55,124 nucleotides of DNA from a virus (lineage: Duplodnaviria; Caudoviricetes): positions 1 through 55,124 of IMG/VR virus record IMGVR_UViG_3300027747_003429; one strand, 5' to 3'. Positions 1 to 9,581 of the stretch are shown one piece after another. Numbering within the stretch: the stretch's first letter is position 1; every line of letters starts with the position of its first letter. The translations under genes were made by a program, and so were the position numbers. A model generated the notes under the pieces. That model worked only from the letters and a program-made list of their open reading frames with translations, searched no databases and was not told the origin of the DNA.

Positions 1-327
1 TAGTTCATAAAAATTTTCAAGAGCTTCTTGTTTGGAATTGGCTGGGGCTTCAAATGAAATACTTATATTTCTTTTTGTATTTTTAAATGTTTGGATTGAA
101 TCCATGCGTCCCATCGTTTCTTTTTCATTCCAATTTATTTTAAAATTATCGCTAAAAGATGTAATAAAAGCCTTAAAAGTAGCATGGCTTAAGAAATTAC
201 TTTTTTCTAATGATTTACGAATTGTTGGCACGTGATAAAACTGAATTACGAATCCATTTTTATCTTTTGATGATCCATTTCTAAAATTAGGACCAGCCAT
301 TGTATCTGTTTCGTCAAAAAAAGCCAT
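1..327 (-). CDS. Baseplate/tail-tube-initiator-like protein (gp48/gp54-like), partial, runs off the window
   Basis: Not in the ORF track. Manual translation from ATG at 327: MAFFDETD...ATFKAFITSFSDNFKINWNEKETMGRMDSIQTFKNTKRNISISFEAP, open to position 1. Tube-like FxAF...W...GRxD...TxRxI pattern; lies immediately after the tape measure gene. Confidence 0.55.
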   Translation of the reverse strand, partial: MAFFDETDTMAGPNFRNGSSKDKNGFVIQFYHVPTIRKSLEKSNFLSHATFKAFITSFSDNFKINWNEKETMGRMDSIQTFKNTKRNISISFEAPANSKQEALENFYEL

Positions 328-334
328 ATTTTAT

Positions 335-2857
335 TTATCCTGTAATATCGTCTTTAGATTTCAAGTCTGTTGTTTTTCCGAATGCTCTGCTTCCATTTGA
401 AGCATTTGGATTGTTCGATACATGAACTATCTTATTAACTATCTTTCTATCCAATTCTTTACCATCTAGAGTAATCGGCATTTCTACTGTAAGATTGACA
501 TTAATTGGTTTTTCAGAAGAGCCGGCCTCTGATGCGGTCTTTGTGGCAGATGAAATATTATTTGTCAATGTTGAAGCTGTCGGCACAGCTACTGCTGCTG
601 CCACTATTGGCATCATAAGAGGATTCATCATTACTAATGAAAATGCTGCAGCTGCAGTAGCAACTCTTTCCATGTAATCAGCCATTTGACTCATTATATT
701 TCTTATGTTTTCTAGTTTTGTAATTTCAAAATTAGTAATCGCATCAAAGCCTTCTTTTGCCATTTGTATACCTTGACCAACCAACAAGAATGACATGCCG
801 AATAGTAACATTACACCAGCCAATGCTCCCAGCACAAACAAGCCAGCTGAACCTATTGTGCCTAACGTACCTAAAGCAGTGGCGAGTCCATATAGTGAAG
901 CTGCTAAAATTCCAAATGCGACGGCGGCTGTTAAGGATGCTGTTCCACCATCAATTAGAATTTTAAATAAATAGCCTATCGCTAGCACTATACCAATAAC
1001 GCCAGCAAGTATAAGTGCTATTGGCAAACTAACTGCCAAAAATGCTGCTGCCAAAGCCAACAAGACAGCTGCTATTGGAAGCAATGCTGGAATTAGTGGA
1101 GTCACAGCAGCGGTAAATCCTATAAGACCAGCAGCCGCTTCGGCAGCACCTACTTCAGTTTCAGCACCAGCTGCAGCAAAACCAGCACCACCTAATTCAG
1201 CTTCAGCACCAGCAGCAGCGATGGCAGTACCAGCAGCAGCAGCAGAAGCACCTATTCCTCCGAAACTGATACCGAGAGCCGATGCTACTGTTGCAGCTTG
1301 AGCTGCCATTGTTAGCAAGAATCCACCAATCACGGCTCCAGCACTATATACTACGCCGACAATTGTTAAAAATATGCCAACCAACCCAACACCCCAAGCA
1401 ATAATAGGATAATCTAACAGATCAGCAATTACATCAACAACAGTTCCTATAACAGCAGAGACAAGCTGGAAAACTGGCGCCAATTTGGCCAATATCGCAG
1501 TAAGCTTGTCACCAATTGGCGTAAATGAAGCTACTGCATCATTAAATGTTTTTTCAGCATCAGCTGCTTGTTTTGCTTCTAATGAAGTCTTTTTAAAGAA
1601 TGCGCCGGCTGAATTAATATCTGTACCGAGTATATCGGCAAACATTCTTCTTTGTTGACCAGATAGTTGATCAAAACTCTTTCCTGTTTTCTGTAAAGCA
1701 TCACGCAACATGTCCTGTGCTTTAATAGGATCTTCGCTGGCTGCTTTCAATAAACCAAGAGAATCTACATAGTTGCCACCAAGGACAGAATTTAATTCAC
1801 CAGCAGCTTCGGCGGCACCTTCAAATGTGGTAAATCTCTCTGTTATATCTAAAAGCTTATCCATTTCTATTCCCAAAGCTTTTGATCTAAATGCCATATC
1901 TTTGAAAATTGCCGGACCTTGTTTACCAAAAGCTGCTAGTCGTGGCATCGTAGAAGCAAGGCCATCATTAATCGCTTTTGTGCTTATTCCGTTAACGTGA
2001 GCAAAAGCCACTAATTCTTTTTCATATTTTGCAGCTTCTTGAGCACCCATACCCATACTCTTTGAAGCCATATTAAGAAATTTGGCAGTTGTGTCTGCTG
2101 CTATGCCGGCTTTTTCTAATTTTGTAGCTGTATTGGCCAAGTCCGTTTGGATTTCTTTTGACATGCCACTGAATTCAGAAAATTCATTATGAAGACTTGT
2201 TATTGCTCTTACAGCATCAGCAGCACTTACGCCTAGGCGAGCATTAGTCATGGCAATATCTCTAACAGCATCATTATATTTGTCGGATGTGTTTGTCGCC
2301 TTATTCAACTCTGCCGTTAAATTGTTGAAAGATTTTCCCTGTTCAAGAGCAACCGTCAACATAAGCAAACTAGCTTCTGTTAGTTTTGCGGCTAATGTGG
2401 CACGAGCATCTTCTTTGCTTATTGTTTTTGAAATTTTTTCGATATCTTCTAATTGAGCTTTAAATTTAGCACCAAAACCTAAACGTTTTTCATCTGCTTT
2501 AACAAGACCAAAATATAAATCTTTAATTTGTTGAACTCTTTTTTCTTCTTTTTGTCTCAACTCATTCATCTTAACAGATGATTTGATACGATTTTCTTCT
2601 TGAACTCGTATTCTAGCTAATTCAGCTAGGCTGCTTTCTAATTCAATTTTATCGGCAGTAGTTAATTCTTTTATTTGATTCAAAAGCTTGATCTTGTTAA
2701 GAAGAGCCGATTCTTCTTGTTCAAATCTGATTTTATTTAAATTAGCAATAAATTGAGCTTGTTCGGCTTCTTCTTTGAGACTTTCTTGCTTCTCTTTAAC
2801 AATTCTAGCAATTTCTTCTTGAGCCTGTTTTTCTTTTAGTGTGTCTTCGAGAGTCAT
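335..2857 (-). CDS. Tail tape measure protein
   Basis: 840 aa; helical/coiled-coil N-terminal half and long Ala/Gly-rich hydrophobic segments in the C-terminal half; downstream of tube and chaperone genes. Confidence 0.75.
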   Translation of the reverse strand: MTLEDTLKEKQAQEEIARIVKEKQESLKEEAEQAQFIANLNKIRFEQEESALLNKIKLLNQIKELTTADKIELESSLAELARIRVQEENRIKSSVKMNELRQKEEKRVQQIKDLYFGLVKADEKRLGFGAKFKAQLEDIEKISKTISKEDARATLAAKLTEASLLMLTVALEQGKSFNNLTAELNKATNTSDKYNDAVRDIAMTNARLGVSAADAVRAITSLHNEFSEFSGMSKEIQTDLANTATKLEKAGIAADTTAKFLNMASKSMGMGAQEAAKYEKELVAFAHVNGISTKAINDGLASTMPRLAAFGKQGPAIFKDMAFRSKALGIEMDKLLDITERFTTFEGAAEAAGELNSVLGGNYVDSLGLLKAASEDPIKAQDMLRDALQKTGKSFDQLSGQQRRMFADILGTDINSAGAFFKKTSLEAKQAADAEKTFNDAVASFTPIGDKLTAILAKLAPVFQLVSAVIGTVVDVIADLLDYPIIAWGVGLVGIFLTIVGVVYSAGAVIGGFLLTMAAQAATVASALGISFGGIGASAAAAGTAIAAAGAEAELGGAGFAAAGAETEVGAAEAAAGLIGFTAAVTPLIPALLPIAAVLLALAAAFLAVSLPIALILAGVIGIVLAIGYLFKILIDGGTASLTAAVAFGILAASLYGLATALGTLGTIGSAGLFVLGALAGVMLLFGMSFLLVGQGIQMAKEGFDAITNFEITKLENIRNIMSQMADYMERVATAAAAFSLVMMNPLMMPIVAAAVAVPTASTLTNNISSATKTASEAGSSEKPINVNLTVEMPITLDGKELDRKIVNKIVHVSNNPNASNGSRAFGKTTDLKSKDDITG

Positions 2858-2870
2858 TTAAATCTATCTC

Positions 2871-3197
2871 CTATTTAAATGGCCATCTTAGACCAGTTGT
2901 TTTTTCAAAAGCTGAAACTGCTTTATCTAGTTCTGCTTTTGAACGATATGTGCGAGGATTATCTAAACCAAGAGAATAAAACGTTTGTAGATATTTCTTT
3001 TCGTGAGAAAGAGCATCTTTAAGTGCCGCTATCTGGTTTTCAGTTCCGCGAATATTAATTTCTGGTGTTGACATACCAAACATTCTTTGCATCAATAGTT
3101 TAATTAAACTACCAAACATTCTTAAAAAACTTTCATCAAGCTTATTTTCTTGTTTTTCATTTAAATTTAAAACTAATGGAACCAATTTATCTGACAT
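2871..3197 (-). CDS. Hypothetical protein (108 aa)
   Basis: GAGG SD, own ACTATTTATT promoter motif upstream (3215-3224); function not recognised. Confidence 0.7.
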   Translation of the reverse strand: MSDKLVPLVLNLNEKQENKLDESFLRMFGSLIKLLMQRMFGMSTPEINIRGTENQIAALKDALSHEKKYLQTFYSLGLDNPRTYRSKAELDKAVSAFEKTTGLRWPFK

Positions 3198-3214
3198 ACA
3201 TACACCTCAACGAT

Positions 3215-3224
3215 AATAAATAGT
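3215..3224 (-). promoter_or_regulatory. Late promoter motif ACTATTTATT
   Basis: Member of the recurrent ACTANTTAW motif found shortly upstream of gene starts. Confidence 0.6.
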
Positions 3225-3230
3225 TTTACC

Positions 3231-3263
3231 AAAAAATATAGGGCTAATTAAAGCCCTATATTT
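3231..3263 (-). terminator. Intrinsic terminator
   Basis: 12-bp stem AAATATAGGGCT/AGCCCTATATTT followed by a T-run on the minus strand. Confidence 0.7.
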
Positions 3264-3454
3264 ATCTTTTCTTTGTTGCCTTTTCGATAGCTTCGTTTTC
3301 TTCTTGCTTTTGTTTTACGAGGCGTTTAAGAAACCATATTCTAATTTTGACTGGCAAATTATAGGCCTCTGTAAAACTCCAGCCACCGTGATATTTTAAT
3401 AAGAAAAACTGTTCGTAAACGTTTTCTATATATTCATCACTTAGGCCAAAAAAA
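3262..3454 (-). CDS. Baseplate hub/tail assembly chaperone C-terminal part (T4 gp51-like), probably reached by frameshift
   Basis: YEQFFLLKYHGGWSFTEAYNLPVKIRIWFL motif; no credible start or SD; frame opens across the T7 run at the end of the upstream gene. Confidence 0.6.
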
Positions 3455-4291
3455 GTCCACCGTAAAGGGCACCTCCATCTCCTGTTCAAAGGAGCATGAA
3501 GAACAAGTGAATTGTTGCTTCATATCAATATTTGGAGTTATTTCACGATATAGACTTCTTAGTGTCTTGGCATCAATAGCTGGCAAATTTTCTATAAATT
3601 GCTTTAAGAATGTTTTATCTTTGTTGCCATTAACAGAAACAACATAAGCTTTCATCTGAGAAGTCGATAACTCTTCTGGAAGATTCATCTTCTTTCTCTT
3701 CTCTGCCAACTCTGCGATTTCGGTTTCATCTTTACCATTCAACAATCTTACTTCAACGCTTGATCTTGTTTTTGGTAATTCGATTATGAATGTATTGTTT
3801 TCTGTTTTTGTAAGACCTATTTCTTGTGGGTTATCGCAACGATGAATATTTAATTTTTCTAGATCAAAGTCGTGTTTGGCATTAGTACCGCAACTTGGAC
3901 AAGTTATAGCGGTCTTGTATGAAGAACCATAGCCGGAAATACGTGAAGCAACTATAAGTGCGTTCTTATCTCCAACTAGTAAATTATCTACCTTAATTGA
4001 TTTATCAACTATAAGACTTTCCAACATTCTGTCGATAGCCACGCCTTTTTTAATAAGTGAGCGTGAGGTAAGAATGTCTTCCTCTTTAGCTGTCATAAAT
4101 TTAATTTCAACCTTATCTTTACCACGAAGCGGATGACCTTCGGCATATAATTCGCCTTTTGATGGCAAATCAACGAACTCTGTTGGTGCCACAAAGCTTA
4201 GTGGACTTGCTTGTGCTGTTTGAACTGGCATCTGAGCTGCTGGAGCTTCTGCTTGCGTTAAAGCACCTAATCTATCTTCATTATCTCTCAT
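3437..4291 (-). CDS. Baseplate hub subunit / tail assembly chaperone (T4 gp26-like)
   Basis: VDLPSKG, FMTAKEEDIL, two CxxC pairs (CPSC, CSSC), internal repeat (ELPKTR..VEVRLLNGKDE), ends DFFWPK; GAGG SD. Confidence 0.7.
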   Translation of the reverse strand: MRDNEDRLGALTQAEAPAAQMPVQTAQASPLSFVAPTEFVDLPSKGELYAEGHPLRGKDKVEIKFMTAKEEDILTSRSLIKKGVAIDRMLESLIVDKSIKVDNLLVGDKNALIVASRISGYGSSYKTAITCPSCGTNAKHDFDLEKLNIHRCDNPQEIGLTKTENNTFIIELPKTRSSVEVRLLNGKDETEIAELAEKRKKMNLPEELSTSQMKAYVVSVNGNKDKTFLKQFIENLPAIDAKTLRSLYREITPNIDMKQQFTCSSCSFEQEMEVPFTVDFFWPK

Positions 4292-4302
4292 TTAACACCT
4301 CT

Positions 4303-4340
4303 AAAAGAAAAACGGGTATACCATTAAATATGATATACCC
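4303..4340 (-). terminator. Intrinsic terminator after the tail tube gene
   Basis: GGGTATA-CAT stem-loop followed by GTTTTTCTTTT on the minus strand. Confidence 0.6.
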
Positions 4341-4368
4341 ATATATTCTTTTTGTTAAGTTAGAAAAA

Positions 4369-4977
4369 TCAGGCTGGTCTGAAGATATTATCTGTGCCTT
4401 CATCGAAGATACAGTAATCGTATGTAACTTCAATATCTACTGTTGCGATACCATCGTCTTCATAACTTAATTCACTTGGTGTGTATTTTGTTATAAATGC
4501 GTTCTTAAGTGTCCATTTTTCAACCGTTTCGCCTTCTGCGTTAACCAACGAGATAGTAACACCATTGGCATTTGCTGCTGTTGGTCCTGTACCACCACGG
4601 GCACCAGAACTCAATGAATCAACAGCTTTTGCTTTTGAGATAGTATTTAAACTACCTTCAGTTGATGGAACAACATAACCAGCTGAAGTCAAAATTTGTA
4701 ATAATGACTTCATTGTATCTGGTCCATTATCGTCTTGACCACCAACAACACCACCAGCAGTATCAACCATAGTTAGTGTGATTGGTTTCCATTCTGGACG
4801 ACCTGGATAATTGAAAGTGTGATTTAGGTATTTGTGCTGCTTTGAAGTTACTTCAATTGATGGTCTACCAACCTTTGTAGCAAAATACATATTGCCATTG
4901 TATATACCGTCAAATTGTACAACCCAACGATTTTGTCTTTTTGGTTCTATTCTACCGTCTGTCCAAAAATTTGCCAT
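4369..4977 (-). CDS. gp19: Tail tube protein (gp19-like)
   Basis: EPKRQNRW, YPGRPEWKPITLT, EKWTLKNAFI, LSY...YD motifs; follows the sheath gene; AGGAG SD. Confidence 0.85.
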   Translation of the reverse strand: MANFWTDGRIEPKRQNRWVVQFDGIYNGNMYFATKVGRPSIEVTSKQHKYLNHTFNYPGRPEWKPITLTMVDTAGGVVGGQDDNGPDTMKSLLQILTSAGYVVPSTEGSLNTISKAKAVDSLSSGARGGTGPTAANANGVTISLVNAEGETVEKWTLKNAFITKYTPSELSYEDDGIATVDIEVTYDYCIFDEGTDNIFRPA

Positions 4978-5000
4978 TTTAAAATTCTCCTGTTATCACA

Positions 5001-5010
5001 CTTAATTAGT
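5001..5010 (-). promoter_or_regulatory. Late promoter motif ACTAATTAAG (tube)
   Basis: Recurrent motif, 23 nt before the start codon. Confidence 0.6.
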
Positions 5011-5025
5011 ATATTACTTTAAATA

Positions 5026-7827
5026 TCAAAGGTCATCGAATGATGCGCCACTATTTGTAATAACGAAGTCGATACCAATGAACTCAATTGCGTAAGCTGG
5101 TTTGATAAAGATTTTCGCATACATAGTGTTTCTATCGATAAGATCTGGTGTTGTTGTAGTTTCATCTAGAACAACCTTGTAATCAACGATACCACCACCG
5201 GATTTTGTGCTTTCCATTAGTGGATTGACTTGGTTAATGAAACGCTGCCAAGTTGTCTTGATGTTTTGGTCAAACAATAGACCTGAAGCGATTCTTGAAA
5301 CTTGTTTCTTGAGGAACAATACAAGTCTGCGGACGTTGATTCTATCAAGTGCAGATGGTGTTGCTTGTAGGGTCTTTTGACCAAAGATTACAATACCTTC
5401 TGCTGGGAATCTTGCGATTGGGTTGATATTGACTTCGTATAGATCGTCACGTTGTGTTGCCTTTAGAACTTCACGAACATCTGTTACGGCCAAACCAGCT
5501 GAACCACGATCTAGACCACCACGGTTGAAACCTGCTGGAGCAAACCAAACAGCCGATACTTCTTGTGATGAAGCCATTGTGCCGAGCGCAACAACTGATG
5601 GTGGCATCCAAAGATCGCCATTTTCACGTTGATCTTTGACCTTAACCCACGGGTAGTATGTACAAGCATAACTTGTATTAAAGCTCTTATCCTTGACATT
5701 GTTGATGGTGTCTTTTGAGGAGCCAATTCTATCAACTTCTGATAGGGTGCTTTCTGCTTCTGGCGTATAACCACCAGCAACATCGATAATTGCGAGAGCA
5801 TCAGCGCGGGATTCACAGATTTCGATTGCGCGGTCTGTTATAACCTGTTCTGTTACGCCTGGAACTGTTAACAAATTCATATCAAGAGTTTCTGGATCCA
5901 TTACTGAATCTAGTGCTCTCTTTAATGAATAGACGGCGTAGTTGTCTCTGCCATCGGCATCAGCATTTGCCAAGAAGCTATTTCTTAATGGATTCTTTTC
6001 ATCGATACGGAAGCCGTCTGTACCACCAAACAATGGAAAGGTAAAGCTGTTGAAACCAGCATTAAGAACGTTTCTGTAACCTTCGTTTGAACCGGTAGCT
6101 GAAGCAGAGATAGCTGTCAATGAGTTACCATCAACTCTTGAACCTTGTACCCAAAGAGCACTGGTTGATGATGTTAATGAACTACTAACTTCGTCTAGTG
6201 TAAATACGATACCACTTGCGGCACCTGCTTCGCCTCCGAATTCGTATGAATCGCCTAGGAGAGTTGGTTTGGCTCTCAATAGATCAAGAACATCTTCGTT
6301 AAAGAGTCTGCCACTTGTTGCTTCCAAGCCAAAGTGTGTAGTTGTACCTCTTTGAGAAGCTGTGACTACCATTGGTAATGTTGGGAATAACAATTCACAA
6401 TCTACGTTGGTATTAACAGAACCATCGAACAAAGATGATGTAACTGTACTGACGCCGTTGTCAATTTCGACAGGAGCCAATCCCGGAGGACCAAAGAAGC
6501 CGAATGGCAATAGAACTGGATCGAGAGCGCCTTGCTCTAATAGTGGATCCATTTCAACACGAACAAAACTGGAACGGTTGTCAAAGTTACCGATGGTTTT
6601 GTGTTTTTCTTGATCCGAATCCCAAACAACACTCTTATCACCAATTAGTTTGGCAATATAGTTTTCTGATGTTGGATCAAGATTACAGTTTGTGAATGTT
6701 TCAACGGTTTCTTGCTTCTTGTCTGAGTCTGTTATTTTACGAACTTTAACAGTAAATGAACCATATTTGTTAAAATTGTTGCTTGAAGGTTTGATATCTT
6801 CAATTGAGAGTTTGAGGTTCTTTTGTTCCCATTCGCCAGAGCTATCACCACTTTCACCACCGAGTGTTGAGAAGCGGAAAAGTTTTGGCATTTCTTCTGC
6901 TACGAAGCTTGAAGTAACAGAATTCAAGTCTTGTGAAATGATCCAGCCTGATTTTGCTGGTTGCGCTTGAACACCAAGTTGATTGCCCAAGTTTGTGCCT
7001 GCGGCATTTTCCAAGGCTACAACGGCCGCCATAGCTTTGCCACTATCGCCGTCCAAAACAGTTTGTTTTAGGAATGTTTCAAAGGTTTCACCTAGCCAAT
7101 ATGTTTTTAGGATAGCGGATGGTGTAATTGCGCCATTTGTTAAAACAGGATTTGTATTCAAAACTTTACGGATATGTTTTGAACTTGATTTGTTAAAGTT
7201 GAATGCTGTGTTTAGTTTTTCTGTTCCACCAGCATCTCTTACGATGATTCTGAATTCGAAGTCATCACCAGTATTGGTGACAAAGAGATTTGGGCCAGAA
7301 ACTAGATTACTGCCTGTTAAATTGGTACCAGCCAATTCAACCGAGCCAGTTGCCAAATAGACAACGGCAGCAAGAGCGCCAGTTACGGCAGAACCTGATG
7401 GAGCAACGAAGATACCCCAAGCGCCACCTTGTTCAGCAGCAAGACCAGAGCCGGCTTTCCAGCCAGCTTGTGCTGGTTCACTGGCTAAAGCGTTTGGATG
7501 TTGAACACCCAATACACGGACAGCTGTTAGTGGTGAGGAGTTTTTTAGCCAAGCTTCTGCGGCATAAGCAGCATAAGTTGGAGATTGTAGTTGACCAGTT
7601 CTCCAAACATCGCTTCTTGTTGAATTAACAACGCCACGTGTTGGAGGACCAAATGCGTTATCAAATTCAGTATAACCTTGAACTGTTACTGGTACTAAGC
7701 CAGGACCACGCTGGTAACTACCAACTACAACTGGGCCAATTGCGCCATTGGTAGTGGTTAATACAGAACGGTCTACTTCATTAATTTTTACACCTGGTGA
7801 TACGAAGCGGAATCTTTTAGCAGTCAT
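5026..7827 (-). CDS. gp18: Contractile tail sheath protein (gp18-like)
   Basis: FVSPGVKINEVD N-terminus; YYPW, WFAPAGFNRG, RDDLYEVNINPI, GQKTLQ, SALDRINVRRL, IKPAYAIEFI. Confidence 0.95.
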   Translation of the reverse strand: MTAKRFRFVSPGVKINEVDRSVLTTTNGAIGPVVVGSYQRGPGLVPVTVQGYTEFDNAFGPPTRGVVNSTRSDVWRTGQLQSPTYAAYAAEAWLKNSSPLTAVRVLGVQHPNALASEPAQAGWKAGSGLAAEQGGAWGIFVAPSGSAVTGALAAVVYLATGSVELAGTNLTGSNLVSGPNLFVTNTGDDFEFRIIVRDAGGTEKLNTAFNFNKSSSKHIRKVLNTNPVLTNGAITPSAILKTYWLGETFETFLKQTVLDGDSGKAMAAVVALENAAGTNLGNQLGVQAQPAKSGWIISQDLNSVTSSFVAEEMPKLFRFSTLGGESGDSSGEWEQKNLKLSIEDIKPSSNNFNKYGSFTVKVRKITDSDKKQETVETFTNCNLDPTSENYIAKLIGDKSVVWDSDQEKHKTIGNFDNRSSFVRVEMDPLLEQGALDPVLLPFGFFGPPGLAPVEIDNGVSTVTSSLFDGSVNTNVDCELLFPTLPMVVTASQRGTTTHFGLEATSGRLFNEDVLDLLRAKPTLLGDSYEFGGEAGAASGIVFTLDEVSSSLTSSTSALWVQGSRVDGNSLTAISASATGSNEGYRNVLNAGFNSFTFPLFGGTDGFRIDEKNPLRNSFLANADADGRDNYAVYSLKRALDSVMDPETLDMNLLTVPGVTEQVITDRAIEICESRADALAIIDVAGGYTPEAESTLSEVDRIGSSKDTINNVKDKSFNTSYACTYYPWVKVKDQRENGDLWMPPSVVALGTMASSQEVSAVWFAPAGFNRGGLDRGSAGLAVTDVREVLKATQRDDLYEVNINPIARFPAEGIVIFGQKTLQATPSALDRINVRRLVLFLKKQVSRIASGLLFDQNIKTTWQRFINQVNPLMESTKSGGGIVDYKVVLDETTTTPDLIDRNTMYAKIFIKPAYAIEFIGIDFVITNSGASFDDL

Positions 7828-7860
7828 TATACAAATCTCCTCTAAAATTAACTTTTCTAA

Positions 7861-7870
7861 AATAAATAGT
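7861..7870 (-). promoter_or_regulatory. Late promoter motif ACTATTTATT (sheath)
   Basis: Recurrent motif upstream of the sheath start. Confidence 0.65.
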
Positions 7871-7897
7871 GCTGTTTATACTCAAAAGCCGGCATTT

Positions 7898-8719
7898 TTA
7901 CCATTTCTTTTTAAGTGGTGAGCTTTCGTTAACTATCACATATTCTCTTGGTATTTTAACTTCAACAGCATTTTCACGATAAATTATATTTGTATCGATT
8001 TCATTAGTGCCGGCGCCAACAAGATGGCCGATAACATTTAATTTAATTGTTGTTTTAAACATTCTTTCTTCTTGTTCTAATTTGTCGCCATTATGTTCAA
8101 TAGCATAATCAGCGTCAATGTTAACTTCAAAACGGTGCCCTTCATTCTCAATAACAAAATAATTACCGGCACCAGTAAACACGAGAAATGGTTGTGTTAG
8201 TTCATTCATTTGTTGCTGGTATTCTGTCCTTAATTGAATTTCGTATTGAAATACTGCTTGAACAGGAAATTTAACTGATTTAAAGCCATATACAACTTTC
8301 TTGTTTTCTCTTTTCGCATTTGGTTGACCAAATCTTTTTTGTGTATCGGTATTAGCAAAGTTTGTGCTTTTATCTTGATTTACTTGTTTAACAATAACAT
8401 AATCATCTTTAAAGAGATCTGGCACGACGTTGCCGGGAAAAATACCTTTTGGTTTTAAGTCTTTATTTATGCCTGTTCTTTTGACTGTAATAATTGGTAA
8501 TATAAAGGCGCCGTCATTTTGGCGAAGTTCTTTTTTATTTTTGATCTGGAAAGATCTTTCACCAGAAACCCAAATAACGGGAGTTTTTGTGCGACCTCTG
8601 TTGGTTGTGGTATAAAGGTCCATATTTTCGTCTAGCCATTTATAAACAGCTAAATCAATATTTTCTATTTTTGATGGATCAAGTGGAAATTTTCCGTCGC
8701 CTTCTTTTTGAGTTTTCAT
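7898..8719 (-). CDS. Tail sheath stabiliser/terminator (gp15-like)
   Basis: IDLAVYKW, PVIWVSGER, LPIITVKR motifs; located between neck and sheath genes. Confidence 0.55.
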   Translation of the reverse strand: MKTQKEGDGKFPLDPSKIENIDLAVYKWLDENMDLYTTTNRGRTKTPVIWVSGERSFQIKNKKELRQNDGAFILPIITVKRTGINKDLKPKGIFPGNVVPDLFKDDYVIVKQVNQDKSTNFANTDTQKRFGQPNAKRENKKVVYGFKSVKFPVQAVFQYEIQLRTEYQQQMNELTQPFLVFTGAGNYFVIENEGHRFEVNIDADYAIEHNGDKLEQEERMFKTTIKLNVIGHLVGAGTNEIDTNIIYRENAVEVKIPREYVIVNESSPLKKKW

Positions 8720-8723
8720 TTTT

Positions 8724-9572
8724 TTATTCCGTTAACATTGTGATACCATTACCAAATGGTCCATCTTCGAATATTTCAAATGCGAATGGTGATGTATACC
8801 ATTTACCATCTTCATTATAATAGAATTTGTTAGCCATCGCAAATGGTGGTGGTTGATAATCTCCAAGAGCAGTTAGATAAATAATACAACCTTTGTAATT
8901 TTGTGGATTTTCGTTGTAATCTATAAACTGTGGTAAATCTTGTGAGTTGTTTGCGGCATTAATTTTATTAATTCTGCCTCTACAGCCTTCGACAACATCG
9001 CCCATATTTACAATCTGGCCATCTTCTGTCATTTCACGGAAGAGTTCCAATACCTCATCTATTTCTGCTGGGTATTCAAATAATCCCGCTCTTGCGGAAG
9101 TACAAGTTGATTGTATTTCAAAACGGTGTTCTGCTTGACCGAACAATTGTCTTGGAAGATTCGCAGTCATTATTTCATAAAAACGACCACCGTAGAATAC
9201 AAAGTCGCCTTCACGAACATACAGGTTTTGATCTTCTGTCAATCTGCGACGGTGAAAGTTTACAGTTATTTTAGTTTTCTTATCCAAACCAAATGTATCT
9301 GTTGCGGTTTCAACGCCATCAAATTTAACAAGAGCGTGAACTCTTACGGGTGGTAAAAAGTTCTTTTCTATTGCCTCGCCATAAACAGGGTGAAAGTTAG
9401 TATGTATATAGCTTATAGGAAAATAAAGAAGTGTTTGACCGATAACTCGCTCAATTACTTCATCATTAACTTGTTTAACAAGATCGCGTTCCTTTTCGCC
9501 AAGAAACATTGGCGGTGGAGGATTTGATGGCTGTTCCCACTTATTGGCTTTACTATTTTTCTTTCTTGCCAT
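8724..9572 (-). CDS. Neck/head-closure protein (gp14-like) with an extra C-terminal domain
   Basis: YGEA..K.F.PP, REGDFV.YG..FYEI motifs; position after the gp13-like gene. Confidence 0.6.
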   Translation of the reverse strand: MARKKNSKANKWEQPSNPPPPMFLGEKERDLVKQVNDEVIERVIGQTLLYFPISYIHTNFHPVYGEAIEKNFLPPVRVHALVKFDGVETATDTFGLDKKTKITVNFHRRRLTEDQNLYVREGDFVFYGGRFYEIMTANLPRQLFGQAEHRFEIQSTCTSARAGLFEYPAEIDEVLELFREMTEDGQIVNMGDVVEGCRGRINKINAANNSQDLPQFIDYNENPQNYKGCIIYLTALGDYQPPPFAMANKFYYNEDGKWYTSPFAFEIFEDGPFGNGITMLTE

Positions 9573-9581
9573 TTTTTAACC

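Noticed and set aside
3455-3489. Listed TTG start (MNRRWRCPLRW) of the 75-aa ORF
   Set aside because: Lies inside the upstream gene, has no SD and gives an implausible peptide; frameshift entry is more parsimonious.
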